A program made the position numbers and the translations under genes. The notes below the pieces were generated by a model that was not told the DNA's origin, searched no databases, and worked only from the letters and a program-made list of their open reading frames with translations. A stretch of DNA of 34,713 bases from an uncultured Anaplasmataceae bacterium. GTDB taxonomy: Bacteria; Pseudomonadota; Alphaproteobacteria; Rickettsiales; CAIPFW01. The DNA is taken from positions 1 to 34,713 of the forward strand of contig CAIPFW010000233.1 in assembly GCA_903864455.1 (NCBI GenBank), given 5' to 3'. Of the stretch, positions 8,771 through 17,855 are shown one piece after another. The stretch's first letter is position 1, and every line of letters starts with the position of its first letter.

Positions 8771-9643
8771 TTGAAAAAAATGAAGTATTTTAATCCAGTT
8801 CATAATTCGATGCGTGGTTTGTGTCTAATTAGTAGAGACTCTTTAGCTAAAGAGCCGTCGGAAAAAGCTCGTGGTTTAATTTTTGGTCGCAAGCGTATTT
8901 CTGCTAGAAATAATGCGGGTAGAATTACTGTGAGGTATAGGGGTGGCGCGCATAAGAAAAAAATGCGTACAGTAGATTTTAAAAGATATAACGCATTGTC
9001 ACACAACGAGGATATCGTAGTGTCAAAAGTTATTTCTTTGGAATACGATCCCAATAGAAGTGCTTTTTTGGCATTATTGGAATCAAAAAGCAGTAAAAAT
9101 GAAAGTGCTGATATTTTTTATAATTATATCATAGCATCAACAAATATGAAAATAGGTGACGAAATCATCTGTTCCAAAGTTGGTGGAGATATGAATATGA
9201 ATGAAGGTAATGCATTTCCTTTGTCGCAAATTAGAATTGGTTTAAAAGTTTACAATATAGAATTGAAGCATGGGTCTGGTGCTGTTGTTGCTAGATCCGC
9301 TGGTTCTTATGCTGAGGTTGTTGGTCGTGATTCTGGTTTTGTATTATTAAAGCTGAGGTCTGGAGAAGTGCGATTAATTCATGAGGATTGTTTTGCAACT
9401 ATAGGTATCGCATCTAATGTTGATCACAAAAATGAAAGTTTAGCGAAAGCCGGAAGAAAAAGATGGATGGGTATTAGACCTCATGTTCGTGGTGTTGCGA
9501 TGAACCCTATAGATCACCCGCATGGTGGTGGCGAAGGTAAGACATCAGGTGGTAGACATCCAGTGACGCCTTGGGGTAAACCGACGAAAGGTAAGAAAAC
9601 TCGTCGTAAAAAATGGAGTGACAAATTAATTAAATCTTTTTAG
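8771..9643 (+). CDS. rplB: 50S ribosomal protein L2
   Basis: RNNAGRITVRYRGGAHKKKMR and IDHPHGGGEGKTSGGRHPVTPWGKPTKGKKTR. The start may be ATG 8780 rather than TTG 8771. Confidence 0.95.
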   Translation: MKKMKYFNPVHNSMRGLCLISRDSLAKEPSEKARGLIFGRKRISARNNAGRITVRYRGGAHKKKMRTVDFKRYNALSHNEDIVVSKVISLEYDPNRSAFLALLESKSSKNESADIFYNYIIASTNMKIGDEIICSKVGGDMNMNEGNAFPLSQIRIGLKVYNIELKHGSGAVVARSAGSYAEVVGRDSGFVLLKLRSGEVRLIHEDCFATIGIASNVDHKNESLAKAGRKRWMGIRPHVRGVAMNPIDHPHGGGEGKTSGGRHPVTPWGKPTKGKKTRRKKWSDKLIKSF

Positions 9644-9661
9644 TGAATTTTTTGGGAAATT

Positions 9662-9949
9662 ATGGCGAGATCTGTTTGGAAAGGACCTTTTGTTGAGAAT
9701 TCTTTGTTTAAATTGTGGGTAAAGCTTGCTCGTGGGGAGAGTGTTCCGAATGAAAGGAAGAAAATTTGGTCTAGGCGAAGCACAATAATACCGCATTTCG
9801 TTGGTAGAACTTTTATGGTTTACAATGGAAGAATTTTTGTTCCTGTGAATGTTACCGAAGCGATGATAGGTTTGAAATTTGGGTCTTTTTCCCCAACAAG
9901 AACTTTTAAAGGTCATGCAGGTGACAAAAAAGTTGTAAAGAAAAAGTAG
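9662..9949 (+). CDS. rpsS: 30S ribosomal protein S19
   Basis: [11 protein letters not shown]...[38 protein letters not shown]. Confidence 0.95.
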   Translation: MARSVWKGPFVENSLFKLWVKLARGESVPNERKKIWSRRSTIIPHFVGRTFMVYNGRIFVPVNVTEAMIGLKFGSFSPTRTFKGHAGDKKVVKKK

Positions 9950-9992
9950 TAAAAATTTAGTGATTGAATTTATTAAATAAGTTGGTAAAATT

Positions 9993-10346
9993 ATGAATGC
10001 TAGTATATCTGTTGTAGCGAAAAATTCTTATATCAGTGTGAGTAGTAAGAAAATGGTTCTTGTTACTAGAATGATTCATGGAATTCCAGTGATGAAAGCG
10101 ATAGATATTTTATCTTTGTCGTACAAGGCGTGCGCTAAAGATATTATTGATTTGTTGAATTCTGCTATAAAAAATGCTATTCATAATTTTGATGTGCATG
10201 ATGTAAACAGTTTATATATCAAGGAGATTAGATTGGGTAGGGCGAAATTTTTAAAAAGATTTCAGCCTAGAGCTCGAGGTAGGAGTAATAGAATTTTGAA
10301 GCATGGGAGTAATCTTGCGATAATTTTAAGTGTTTTAAGTGTTTAA
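9993..10346 (+). CDS. rplV: 50S ribosomal protein L22
   Basis: 117 aa. ...RFQPRARGRSNRILKHGSNLAIILS. Conserved position. Confidence 0.9.
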   Translation: MNASISVVAKNSYISVSSKKMVLVTRMIHGIPVMKAIDILSLSYKACAKDIIDLLNSAIKNAIHNFDVHDVNSLYIKEIRLGRAKFLKRFQPRARGRSNRILKHGSNLAIILSVLSV

Positions 10347-10357
10347 TTGGTGAATAG

Positions 10358-11014
10358 ATGGGGCAAAAAGTAAATCCTAATGGTTTTAGGTTGCAAGTTA
10401 GAAGAGATTGGTCTTCTTCTTGGTATATTAATGGAAATCTTTATCATTCTTTAGTTGAGCAGGATTTTCTTCTTCGAAAATTAATAAGTTCTTTTTACAA
10501 AAAAAGCAATTGTATTTCTAAAGTTATTATTGAGCGCTCCAATCACTCTAGTAGCGGTAATGCGCCATCTGGAGATGTGGAGATATTCATCTACTCTTCT
10601 AATGTTGGAGCTATTTTGGGTAAAAATAGTAAAGAAATTGAGAGATTGAAGTCTCAAATGAAAAAAATACAAAGCGGATCTAATTTTAAAGTGAATGTAA
10701 TAGAGGTCAAAAGACCGGATACGGATGCCACTTTAATTGCAATGAACATTGCGGCTCAATTAAAAAAAAGAATGAGCTTCAAAAGAGTCGCGAAAAAAGC
10801 TCTTGAAAGTGCTAAGAAATTTGATGACTGCCTAGGGATAAAAATTGCTTGCTCTGGTAGACTCAATGGAGCTGAGATTGCGAAAACTGAAATTTTCAAA
10901 CTTGGGTCTGTGCCATTGCATACTCTAAATGCCGACGTTCATTATGGCGTTGCTGAGTCAAACACAACGTATGGTATTATTGGTATTAAAGTTTGGGTTT
11001 ATCTTAATAATTAA
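10358..11014 (+). CDS. rpsC: 30S ribosomal protein S3
   Basis: MGQKVNPNGFRL... N-terminus and a KH-domain region. 218 aa. Confidence 0.95.
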   Translation: MGQKVNPNGFRLQVRRDWSSSWYINGNLYHSLVEQDFLLRKLISSFYKKSNCISKVIIERSNHSSSGNAPSGDVEIFIYSSNVGAILGKNSKEIERLKSQMKKIQSGSNFKVNVIEVKRPDTDATLIAMNIAAQLKKRMSFKRVAKKALESAKKFDDCLGIKIACSGRLNGAEIAKTEIFKLGSVPLHTLNADVHYGVAESNTTYGIIGIKVWVYLNN

Positions 11015-11029
11015 TTATAGGTTTATAAT

Positions 11030-11476
11030 ATGAATATGTTAACTCCAAAGAAATTAAAATATCGAAAGGCGTTTAAAGGAAGGAATGTTGGCAATGCGAC
11101 TTCCGGCAATGTGTTGTCGTTTGCAAACTATGCGATTCAGGTGCTTGAGAATGTGAATTTGAAATCAAATACACTCGAGGCAGCTTATAAGGTGACAAAT
11201 AAAACTGTAAAAAGCTATAGTAAAATATGGTTTAGGGTGTTCCCTCATAAGCCTGTAACAAAGAAACCTATAGAGGTGCGGATGGGTAAGGGTAAAGGCG
11301 CAGTGGATCATTATGTTGCGTGCCTGAAACCCGGTAACATCATTTTTGAATTTGATTCTCCGAGTTTATCTGAGGCTCAGGTTGTGCTCTCTCAGTGTAT
11401 AGGGAAATTAGGTATTCGTTGTAGGCTCTTGCAACGTAAAGTTGGTGGTGTTTTTTTTAATAACGAGATATTATGA
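11030..11476 (+). CDS. rplP: 50S ribosomal protein L16
   Basis: LTPKKLKYRKAFKGR... and VRMGKGKGAVDHYVACLKPGNIIFE. Confidence 0.95.
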   Translation: MNMLTPKKLKYRKAFKGRNVGNATSGNVLSFANYAIQVLENVNLKSNTLEAAYKVTNKTVKSYSKIWFRVFPHKPVTKKPIEVRMGKGKGAVDHYVACLKPGNIIFEFDSPSLSEAQVVLSQCIGKLGIRCRLLQRKVGGVFFNNEIL

Positions 11477-11712
11477 AAAAATATAGTAGAAAGCTTGCTG
11501 TAAAAGCTATTTTAGATGGTTTGAATGTTCAGGTTTTTAACGCTAAATTTGAAACTTTTTCATTGAAATGCGCTATGCAAAAAAGCATATTTAACAATGC
11601 TTTGGCGAATGATGGTTTGATTGGATATAAAAGTTCGTTAAAAAATTTCACTGAAGCGAAGAAAAAAAATAAAAAAATTGTAAAAGATGCGTATTTGAAA
11701 GTGGGGTTGTAA
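11473..11712 (+). CDS. rpmC: 50S ribosomal protein L29 (very divergent; assigned mainly by position)
   Basis: 79-aa ORF overlapping the rplP stop by 4 nt (ATGA), in the canonical slot between rplP and rpsQ. Only weak resemblance (LNVQVFNAKFE versus the L29 ELFNLRFQ block). Confidence 0.6.
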   Translation: MKKYSRKLAVKAILDGLNVQVFNAKFETFSLKCAMQKSIFNNALANDGLIGYKSSLKNFTEAKKKNKKIVKDAYLKVGL

Positions 11713-11716
11713 TTTT

Positions 11717-11947
11717 ATGTTGAAGGTTTTATTGGGTGTCGTAAGTAAAGTTATAGACGACAGAACTGTTGTTGTTCTTGTGCAGAGAAAGGCTATACAT
11801 CCTCTTTATAAGAAAGTAATCAAAATAAACAAAAAATATCTTGTTGATAAAGATGCTCATTCATCGATTGCTCTGAATCAGAATGTTTCGATTATTCAAT
11901 CAAGACCGATTTCGAAAAGAAAGAAGTGGAAACTCGTTGCTAATTAA
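11717..11947 (+). CDS. rpsQ: 30S ribosomal protein S17
   Basis: GVVSKVIDDRTVVVLVQRKAIHPLYKKVIKINKKYLVD...SRPISKRKKWKLV. Confidence 0.92.
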   Translation: MLKVLLGVVSKVIDDRTVVVLVQRKAIHPLYKKVIKINKKYLVDKDAHSSIALNQNVSIIQSRPISKRKKWKLVAN

Positions 11948-11958
11948 TTTGGTGTTAT

Positions 11959-12330
11959 ATGATTCAAGAAGGTTCGTTTTTAGAAGTTGCTGACAATTCT
12001 GGAGTGCGTTTAGTAAAATGCATTAAAGTTTTAGGTGGTTCTGGTAAAAGATTTGCGCAATACGGCGATTTGATTGTTGTTTCTGCGAGAAAAATTATAC
12101 CAAAAGCTTCGTCATCAATAAAAAAAGGTGATGTATCGTTAGCTGTTTTAGTTAGATCGAAGTTTCCATTCAAAAGAAAGGATGGGTCAGTTGTCGTTTT
12201 TAACGAAAATGCCGTTGTCCTTTTGGATAAGCAGTATAAAATGGTGGGTACCCGTGTTTTTGGTGTTGTTGCTAGGGAATTAAGAAAAGATTTTGCTAGA
12301 ATTACAACTTTAGTTAAAGAAGTTATTTAA
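11959..12330 (+). CDS. rplN: 50S ribosomal protein L14
   Basis: MIQEGSFLEVADNSGVRLVKCIKVLGGS..., 123 aa. Confidence 0.96.
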   Translation: MIQEGSFLEVADNSGVRLVKCIKVLGGSGKRFAQYGDLIVVSARKIIPKASSSIKKGDVSLAVLVRSKFPFKRKDGSVVVFNENAVVLLDKQYKMVGTRVFGVVARELRKDFARITTLVKEVI

Positions 12331-12341
12331 GAGGCGTGAAG

Positions 12342-12578
12342 ATGACTGTTTTTTGCCATGTAAAAAAGGGTGATAAAGTAATTATAAATTCCGGTAAGTT
12401 TAAAAAAACTATAGGAAATATCACCGTTGTTTCTAGAGTTAGCGAGAATAGATTTGTCGTTGCGATAGATTCTATTCCAAAGACTAGTAGAAAAAAAAAA
12501 GGATCTGAGGATGTCGTGCAAAAAGATGTTTTTATTGATTCATCTAATGTTTTATTGTTGCAAACTGGAAGTAATTAA
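12342..12578 (+). CDS. rplX: 50S ribosomal protein L24 (short, about 78 aa)
   Basis: VKKGDKVIINSGKFKKTIGNI KOW-type motif at the canonical position. The track opens at GTG 12336, but ATG 12342 has GAGG 7 nt upstream. Confidence 0.85.
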   Translation: MTVFCHVKKGDKVIINSGKFKKTIGNITVVSRVSENRFVVAIDSIPKTSRKKKGSEDVVQKDVFIDSSNVLLLQTGSN

Positions 12579-12593
12579 TGTATAAATAGTTTT

Positions 12594-13199
12594 ATGAATC
12601 TTGATTTAAAAAAAATAGATAGAAATGTTTTCGAGCTATACCAAAAAGCTGCAAGTGATGGTGCAAAATCTGTTATGTTTGATGTTTACAACAAGCATAT
12701 AGTTGATGAATTTACAACAATCGCTGATTGTAAAAACAAATTCGCTGTGCCGAAGTTGTTGAAAGTCAATGTCAATGTAGGTTTTGGCGCTGAAAACAAA
12801 AAAGATGTTGACTATATTAGTAATTGCCTTCAATCAATTACAGGTCAATTGCCAAAATTGAATAAGGCTCGAAAATCTGTCTCTAATTTCAAAATTAGAG
12901 AGGGTGACCCAATAGGTATGATGGTTACTATGAGATCGTATAGAATGTATTACTTTTTAGAAAAGTTGCTTTTTATCAATATGTCTAGAGTGCCAAATTT
13001 TATGGGTTTTTCTGGGAAAAGCTTCGACGGTAATGGGAATTTTTCTTTTGGCTTTCCAAAGCATTCTATTTTTTCTGAAGAGATTAGGAATTCAAGGATT
13101 GATTTTGATTTTGGTATGGATATTACAATAGTGACTTCGGCTAAAAATGATGCTGATGCAAAATTGTTATTATCTTTACTTGGTTTCGTTTTTATATAG
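12594..13199 (+). CDS. rplE: 50S ribosomal protein L5
   Basis: KVNVNVGFGAE..., KSVSNFKIREGDPIGMMVTMR, GNGNFSFGFPKHSIF. 201 aa. Confidence 0.92.
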   Translation: MNLDLKKIDRNVFELYQKAASDGAKSVMFDVYNKHIVDEFTTIADCKNKFAVPKLLKVNVNVGFGAENKKDVDYISNCLQSITGQLPKLNKARKSVSNFKIREGDPIGMMVTMRSYRMYYFLEKLLFINMSRVPNFMGFSGKSFDGNGNFSFGFPKHSIFSEEIRNSRIDFDFGMDITIVTSAKNDADAKLLLSLLGFVFI

Positions 13200-13205
13200 A
13201 GAATT

Positions 13206-13511
13206 ATGGCAAAAAAAAGTGTTGTTGCGCGCAATAAAAAGCGCATTTTGTTAAACAAAAAATTTGACGAAAGAAGAAAAGCTTTGAAGGAGGCTATTAT
13301 GAATAAAAAAACTTCTGTGAGCGAGAGGATAAAATTATCTGCCAAATTATCTAATTTGCCTAGAAACTCTTCTAAAACGAGAATTCGTAACAGATGTTTT
13401 ATCACTGGAAGAGCTAGGGGGTATTATGGGTATTTTGGTTTGTCCCGTATTATGTTAAGAACGATGGCGTCATTTGGTTTATTGCCAGGCGTTAGAAAAA
13501 AATCTTTATAA
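13206..13511 (+). CDS. rpsN: 30S ribosomal protein S14 (long, non-zinc type)
   Basis: MAKKSVVARNKKR... and RNRCFITGRARGYYGYFGLSRIMLR. Confidence 0.95.
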   Translation: MAKKSVVARNKKRILLNKKFDERRKALKEAIMNKKTSVSERIKLSAKLSNLPRNSSKTRIRNRCFITGRARGYYGYFGLSRIMLRTMASFGLLPGVRKKSL

Positions 13512-13522
13512 TTGGTTGAATT

Positions 13523-13921
13523 ATGTCTCGTAATTTTTTATTAGCTGATTTTATTGCTCATATTAAGAATTCAATATCGGCAAGGTTGAGGTTTGCATCT
13601 TTTTTTTATTCATCTTTAATTGAGAATGTTTGCCTGATTCTGAAGGAAGATGGTTATATAAGTGATTATTCTGTTGTTTACGATGATTTAGGTAGAAAAA
13701 ACATTAGAGTTGTTTTATCATATCACAAAGGCGTTTCTGTAATACAGAATTTCTTTGTTGTGAGTAAGCCAAGTAGAAGGTCTTATATGAAATTTAAGAA
13801 CTTAAAACCATATAAAAATGGAATGGGTTTAACAATTTTATCAACCTCAATTGGCGTGATTTCTTATAAAAAGGCTTCGGAAGAAAGAGTGGGTGGTGAA
13901 GTTTTATGTTGTATTTTTTGA
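13523..13921 (+). CDS. rpsH: 30S ribosomal protein S8
   Basis: LADFIAHIKNS... and GMGLTILSTSIGVISYKKASEERVGGEVLCCIF. Confidence 0.93.
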   Translation: MSRNFLLADFIAHIKNSISARLRFASFFYSSLIENVCLILKEDGYISDYSVVYDDLGRKNIRVVLSYHKGVSVIQNFFVVSKPSRRSYMKFKNLKPYKNGMGLTILSTSIGVISYKKASEERVGGEVLCCIF

Positions 13922-13928
13922 GTATTGT

Positions 13929-14495
13929 ATGTTTTCTAGAATAGGATCTTCTTCTATTTCAATAGATAAATATAAAGTTGATTTAGTGGAGAATAAGTTG
14001 AATATAGGGTATAAAAATGCATCCTATAGCTATGAGTTTGATAAAAATTTAATTTGTGAAGTGTCTGAAGACAAATCTTCATTAAAATTTTTACCAAATA
14101 TTGAGAGAATTCGAAATAAAGCGATAGAAAGAAAAGTTAAGAAAATTGCTGGGTTTCATGTGCGTGACTTGCAAAATTTGCTTTCTGGTATTGTGACGCC
14201 ATTTAAAATGACTCTTGATATAGTGGGGACGGGGTACAAAGTTGTTCATAACAAAGTTGCGAATTTTTTGAATTTTAGTCTTGGCTTTAGTCATAATATC
14301 GTTGTAGTGATTCCGAAAGACGTCGTTGTAGAGATAGTGCAAAATAAGATTAATCTAACATCTTCTTCAAAAATGATTCTTGGTGGTTTTGCAAGTTACT
14401 TGTCTATGTCGTTGAGAAAATTCGATAAATTCAAAGGAAAAGGCGTGATTATTTCTGGTAAATACATGCAAAGAAAAGAGTTGAAGAAAAAATAA
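13929..14495 (+). CDS. rplF: 50S ribosomal protein L6
   Basis: MFSRIGSSSISI... at the conserved position. The track ORF opens at 13893 inside rpsH. ATG 13929 follows the rpsH stop and matches the usual MSRIGKxPI start. Confidence 0.9.
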   Translation: MFSRIGSSSISIDKYKVDLVENKLNIGYKNASYSYEFDKNLICEVSEDKSSLKFLPNIERIRNKAIERKVKKIAGFHVRDLQNLLSGIVTPFKMTLDIVGTGYKVVHNKVANFLNFSLGFSHNIVVVIPKDVVVEIVQNKINLTSSSKMILGGFASYLSMSLRKFDKFKGKGVIISGKYMQRKELKKK

Positions 14496-14509
14496 TTGAG
14501 GTGATTGGT

Positions 14510-14842
14510 ATGAATAAAAGACGTTTTAGAATTTTTGTGCACAAAACTTCACAGCATTTTTATGCTCAGTTGATTGATAAAGATGGATCTGTGAAGGTTG
14601 CTTATTCGACTTTATCTTTGAAAAATAGTATAAAAAAAGATGGTAGTAAGTCTAATGTGAATTTCGTGAATAGTAAATTTATAAAAGAAGTTGCTGTTAA
14701 TTTTGCTAACTCAGTAAAGACTGTTGTTGTTGATGCAGTTCCGGCTGATTCCATGAGTTTTTTCGACCGTGGCAAAAAAAAGTATTGCGGGTTGGTGAAA
14801 TTATTCGCTGATTCTTTGAGAGAAAATGGAATTTTGATTTAA
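14510..14842 (+). CDS. rplR: 50S ribosomal protein L18
   Basis: RFRIFVHKTSQHFYAQLID... and FDRGKKKYCGLVKLFADSLRENG. GAGGTGAT lies 4 nt upstream of ATG 14510 (the track opens at GTG 14501). Confidence 0.92.
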   Translation: MNKRRFRIFVHKTSQHFYAQLIDKDGSVKVAYSTLSLKNSIKKDGSKSNVNFVNSKFIKEVAVNFANSVKTVVVDAVPADSMSFFDRGKKKYCGLVKLFADSLRENGILI

Positions 14843-14853
14843 TAGGTTTGTTG

Positions 14854-15399
14854 ATGTTGAATAAAACTGAAGAAAATTTTGTTTCTTTTGTAGCGCAAGT
14901 TCGAAGAAATGATAAAGTTGTAAAAGGTGGTAAGAATTGTTCTTATTCCGTTCTGGTAATATGCGGTGATCAAAAGGGGCGTTGGGCTATAGGTTTTGGA
15001 AAGCACAAGGAAGTTTTGCTTTCAAAGCAAAAGGCTATACGATCCGCAAAAAATACTATGATGAGAGTGAATTTAAAAGAATCTCGCACTATACATCATG
15101 ATGTAATGGCTTCTCACGGTGCAACAACTGTATATATTAGGTCTGCTGATAAGGGGACGGGTATTGTAGCTGGTGGTGCGATGAGGCTTGTTTTTGAGGC
15201 TTTGGGTGTGAAAGACGTTGTTGCGAAATGCGTTGGTTCATCTTGCCCGCATAATTTAGTAATTGCGACGATGAAAGCGTTAAAACTCTTGCGCACACCA
15301 AAATTAATTGCTATTATGCGTAACAAACCAGTAGACGAGATAGTCCGCAGTGGGAAGATTTTTTCGAAGAAGTCTACTAAAGAAAGTGAAAAAAATTAG
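14854..15399 (+). CDS. rpsE: 30S ribosomal protein S5
   Basis: VAQVRRNDKVVKGGKNCSYSVLVICGDQKGRWAIGFGKHKEV... The track opens at TTG 14848, but I prefer ATG 14854. Confidence 0.93.
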   Translation: MLNKTEENFVSFVAQVRRNDKVVKGGKNCSYSVLVICGDQKGRWAIGFGKHKEVLLSKQKAIRSAKNTMMRVNLKESRTIHHDVMASHGATTVYIRSADKGTGIVAGGAMRLVFEALGVKDVVAKCVGSSCPHNLVIATMKALKLLRTPKLIAIMRNKPVDEIVRSGKIFSKKSTKESEKN

Positions 15400-15416
15400 T
15401 TTTTTGTGTATTTTAT

Positions 15417-15897
15417 ATGAATTTTAGTAAACCGATTACGAGTGGATTTGACGGTTCTGGTAGTGAATTTAGAAAGTTAAATAAGAAAAAAAAAAAGAGT
15501 CGGTCGTGGTACTGGTTCGGGTATGGGGAAAACTTCTGCTCGTGGTTCGAATGGTCAAAAAGCTAGATCTGGTTGTGCTTTGCGCAATTTTGAAGGCGGC
15601 CAAAAAACAATCACTTCGTTACCTAGAAGAGGTTTCAATTCGATTAAAAAAGAAAGCGATAAATATAATATCGTTCACATCGGTAGAATAGTTGAAATGA
15701 TAGATGAATCTATTATTGATAAAAACGAGGTGATTGATAAAAATGTTTTGCTAAAGACAGGTGTTGTGAAGACTCTGAAGAGAAAAATTAAATTACTTTT
15801 CGATGTTGAGTCGAGCGTTGCTTTTAATATAAAAGTTGATTCGTATTCAAAAAACGCACTTGAGGCTGTAAAAAAAGCCGGTGGCTCTTGCTTGTAA
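15417..15897 (+). CDS. rplO: 50S ribosomal protein L15, reading frame interrupted (+1 shift needed) inside an A11 tract
   Basis: ATG 15417 opens a frame encoding MNFSKPITSGFDGSGSEFRKLNKKKKK, which then runs to a TAG at 15564. The conserved L15 block RVGRGTGSGMGKTSARGSNGQKARSG... is encoded from 15496 in the +1 frame. That frame is closed upstream by TAA at 15478 and continues to the stop at 15897. Confidence 0.85.
15486..15496 (+). repeat. Homopolymer A11 at the rplO frame junction (slippage-prone tract)
   Basis: Counted directly: aag-aaaaaaaaaaa-gagtcgg, with 11 consecutive A from 15486 to 15496. Confidence 0.95.
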
Positions 15898-15921
15898 ATT
15901 AACTTATATAAAATATTCATC

Positions 15922-17175
15922 ATGACTGCACAAATGTTAAATAGAAATTTTATTTTTAAGATTTTTTTAGCATTTCTATTTTTGTTCATATTTCGTATTG
16001 GCGTTTATTTGCCATCTCCGATTGTGAATGCTGAATATTTTTTATCTAAGTTGACTACTTTCAGTCAAGGGCTGTTTGTAGGCACGATTAGCACTATCTC
16101 TTCGGGTGTTTTTGGTAGTTTCTCGATTTTATCGCTTGGTGTAATGCCATATATTTTGTCGTCTATTATGACTCAAATTATAAGTTATATTTATCAAGAT
16201 AGTAAATCGAACAATTCCAAAGACGCTGCGTTTTACGCAAAAATTAGCAGGATTTTTACTTTAGTTTTTGCGTTAATTCAGTCTACGATACTTCTTTTTA
16301 CAATGAAAAACACGTGTGATGTTTTTTACTGCAACGCAATGAGTAGGGAGATGATTTACTTTATTGCCCTGATTTCGGTAGTCGCTGGTTCGATGATTTC
16401 CGTGTGGATTGGTGAAGCTATAACTGAATATTGCGTAGGAAATGGAATATCAATGATAATATTTACCAATATCGGTTTTGATTTTGTTTCTGGGTTAATC
16501 AAGGTATTCACATCAACTGATGCCGGCTTCTCGAATTTGTTTTTAGCGTTATTTTTAATATTCGGAGTGATATGCGTAATAGTGCTTTGTGAGAAATCTG
16601 TCAGGTTAGTTGACGTTCAGTATTCGTCTTCATCAAAAAAAAATAATGATAATTTGTTGTCATTTATACCGATGAAATTGAATTTCGCTGGCGTTATGCC
16701 GATGATTTTCACTGCTACAATTATTGGATTTTTTATGTCGTCATTAAATTTAGCGATTGGTGTATTCGGAGGTATGTTTGACGATTTTATTTTATTTGCG
16801 TTGAGGAGTAAAGTTTTTTACTATTGTATTTATTTTACTTTTATATTATTATTTGCTTTAATATACAATAACGTAAGTTTCAACGTGGAAAAAGTCTCGG
16901 ATTCGTTAAGAAAAACATCTGGCGTCATACCAAATGTAAAGCCTGGATTAATGACGATTCAGTATTTTTCTGTTTTGTTGCGTAAATTGACGGTTATTGG
17001 CGTATTTTATTTGTTTTTAGTGTCTGTGTTTGTTGATTATTTTAAAGTTATCTTGAATATCGATAGTTTTATTGGTGGTACGAGTTATTTAATTATTACG
17101 GTGATCGCTTTAGAGTTAATAAATAAATATCAGGTTGAGATTTTGAACGCGAGATACAGCGAATATGTTTTATAG
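15922..17175 (+). CDS. secY: Preprotein translocase subunit SecY
   Basis: 417-aa polytopic ORF at the canonical position after rplO. N-terminus ...IFRIGVYLPSPIVN and GISMIIF resemble conserved SecY blocks. Confidence 0.92.
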   Translation: MTAQMLNRNFIFKIFLAFLFLFIFRIGVYLPSPIVNAEYFLSKLTTFSQGLFVGTISTISSGVFGSFSILSLGVMPYILSSIMTQIISYIYQDSKSNNSKDAAFYAKISRIFTLVFALIQSTILLFTMKNTCDVFYCNAMSREMIYFIALISVVAGSMISVWIGEAITEYCVGNGISMIIFTNIGFDFVSGLIKVFTSTDAGFSNLFLALFLIFGVICVIVLCEKSVRLVDVQYSSSSKKNNDNLLSFIPMKLNFAGVMPMIFTATIIGFFMSSLNLAIGVFGGMFDDFILFALRSKVFYYCIYFTFILLFALIYNNVSFNVEKVSDSLRKTSGVIPNVKPGLMTIQYFSVLLRKLTVIGVFYLFLVSVFVDYFKVILNIDSFIGGTSYLIITVIALELINKYQVEILNARYSEYVL

Positions 17176-17188
17176 TTTATAAGAGTTT

Positions 17189-17836
17189 ATGGAATTCATT
17201 GTATTTTTAGGAATGCCTGGGACGGGAAAAGGAACGCAATGCTCTTTATTGAAGGAGCGTGATGGCGTGCTTTCTTTGTCTCCAGGTGAAATCATCAGAG
17301 CGAAGTTATCTCAAGATAAGGAGATTGCTGATTCCGTAAATAGAGGTGAGTTACTCTCTGATGATTTCATAATGAATCTTGTGAGTGAAAATCTAAATGT
17401 TTTGACAAAGAGTAATGATAGCGGAGTTTTGATTTTTGATGGAATACCGAGAACGATAGGGCAGGCGAAAATATTAAATGATTTGCTTGAAACTCAGTTT
17501 AATAGTTCGCCATCATTGGTTGTATGTTTCACTGTAAAAAAGCGTTTAATTATTAATAGGCTTAATAACAGGGTGATTTGTAGCTCTTGTAACGCACCGG
17601 GACAACTATCAAAAAATTTTGTGTGTAGCGTTTGCGGTGGAAAAAGTTATACAAAGCGTCTCGACGATGATAGCGCAGTAATCAGAAAAAGATTATTTAA
17701 TAACAGGAAAAATACGAATGAGATTTATGATTTTTATAGATTGAATGGAGCGAAATGTGTAAAATTAGATGCTGATTCCAATATTGATTCTGTTTATAAG
17801 AAGTTGAAAAGGGTGGTTTTATCCACTAAAATATAG
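17189..17836 (+). CDS. adk: Adenylate kinase (long type with Cys4 lid)
   Basis: P-loop GMPGTGKGTQ, FDGIPRTIGQA, and lid CSSC...CSVCGG. Confidence 0.93.
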   Translation: MEFIVFLGMPGTGKGTQCSLLKERDGVLSLSPGEIIRAKLSQDKEIADSVNRGELLSDDFIMNLVSENLNVLTKSNDSGVLIFDGIPRTIGQAKILNDLLETQFNSSPSLVVCFTVKKRLIINRLNNRVICSSCNAPGQLSKNFVCSVCGGKSYTKRLDDDSAVIRKRLFNNRKNTNEIYDFYRLNGAKCVKLDADSNIDSVYKKLKRVVLSTKI

Positions 17837-17855
17837 TTTTATAGGTTAAGTTTAT

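Noticed and set aside
13893-13928. The 5' extension of the rplF ORF (MVKFYVVFFEYC...). The analogous rpoA extension is at 18628..18681.
   Set aside because: Both extensions overlap the 3' ends of rpsH and rpsK in another frame and add non-conserved residues. Internal ATGs (13929, 18682) lie just after the upstream stop codons and match the usual N-termini.
15491-15497. A_AAA_AAG heptamer in phase with the rplO 5' frame, identical to the dnaX -1 frameshift slippery site.
   Set aside because: A -1 shift lands in the wrong frame (that of the spurious 15506 ORF). Restoring L15 needs +1/-2 at the ribosome or a -1/+2 nucleotide change in the transcript. A dnaX-type programmed -1 mechanism therefore does not explain the gene.
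15506-15691. 61-aa ORF (MVLVRVWGKLLL...) in the third frame across the rplO junction.
   Set aside because: It is the -1 frame relative to the rplO 5' part and has no similarity to L15 or anything else. It is a by-product of the same region.
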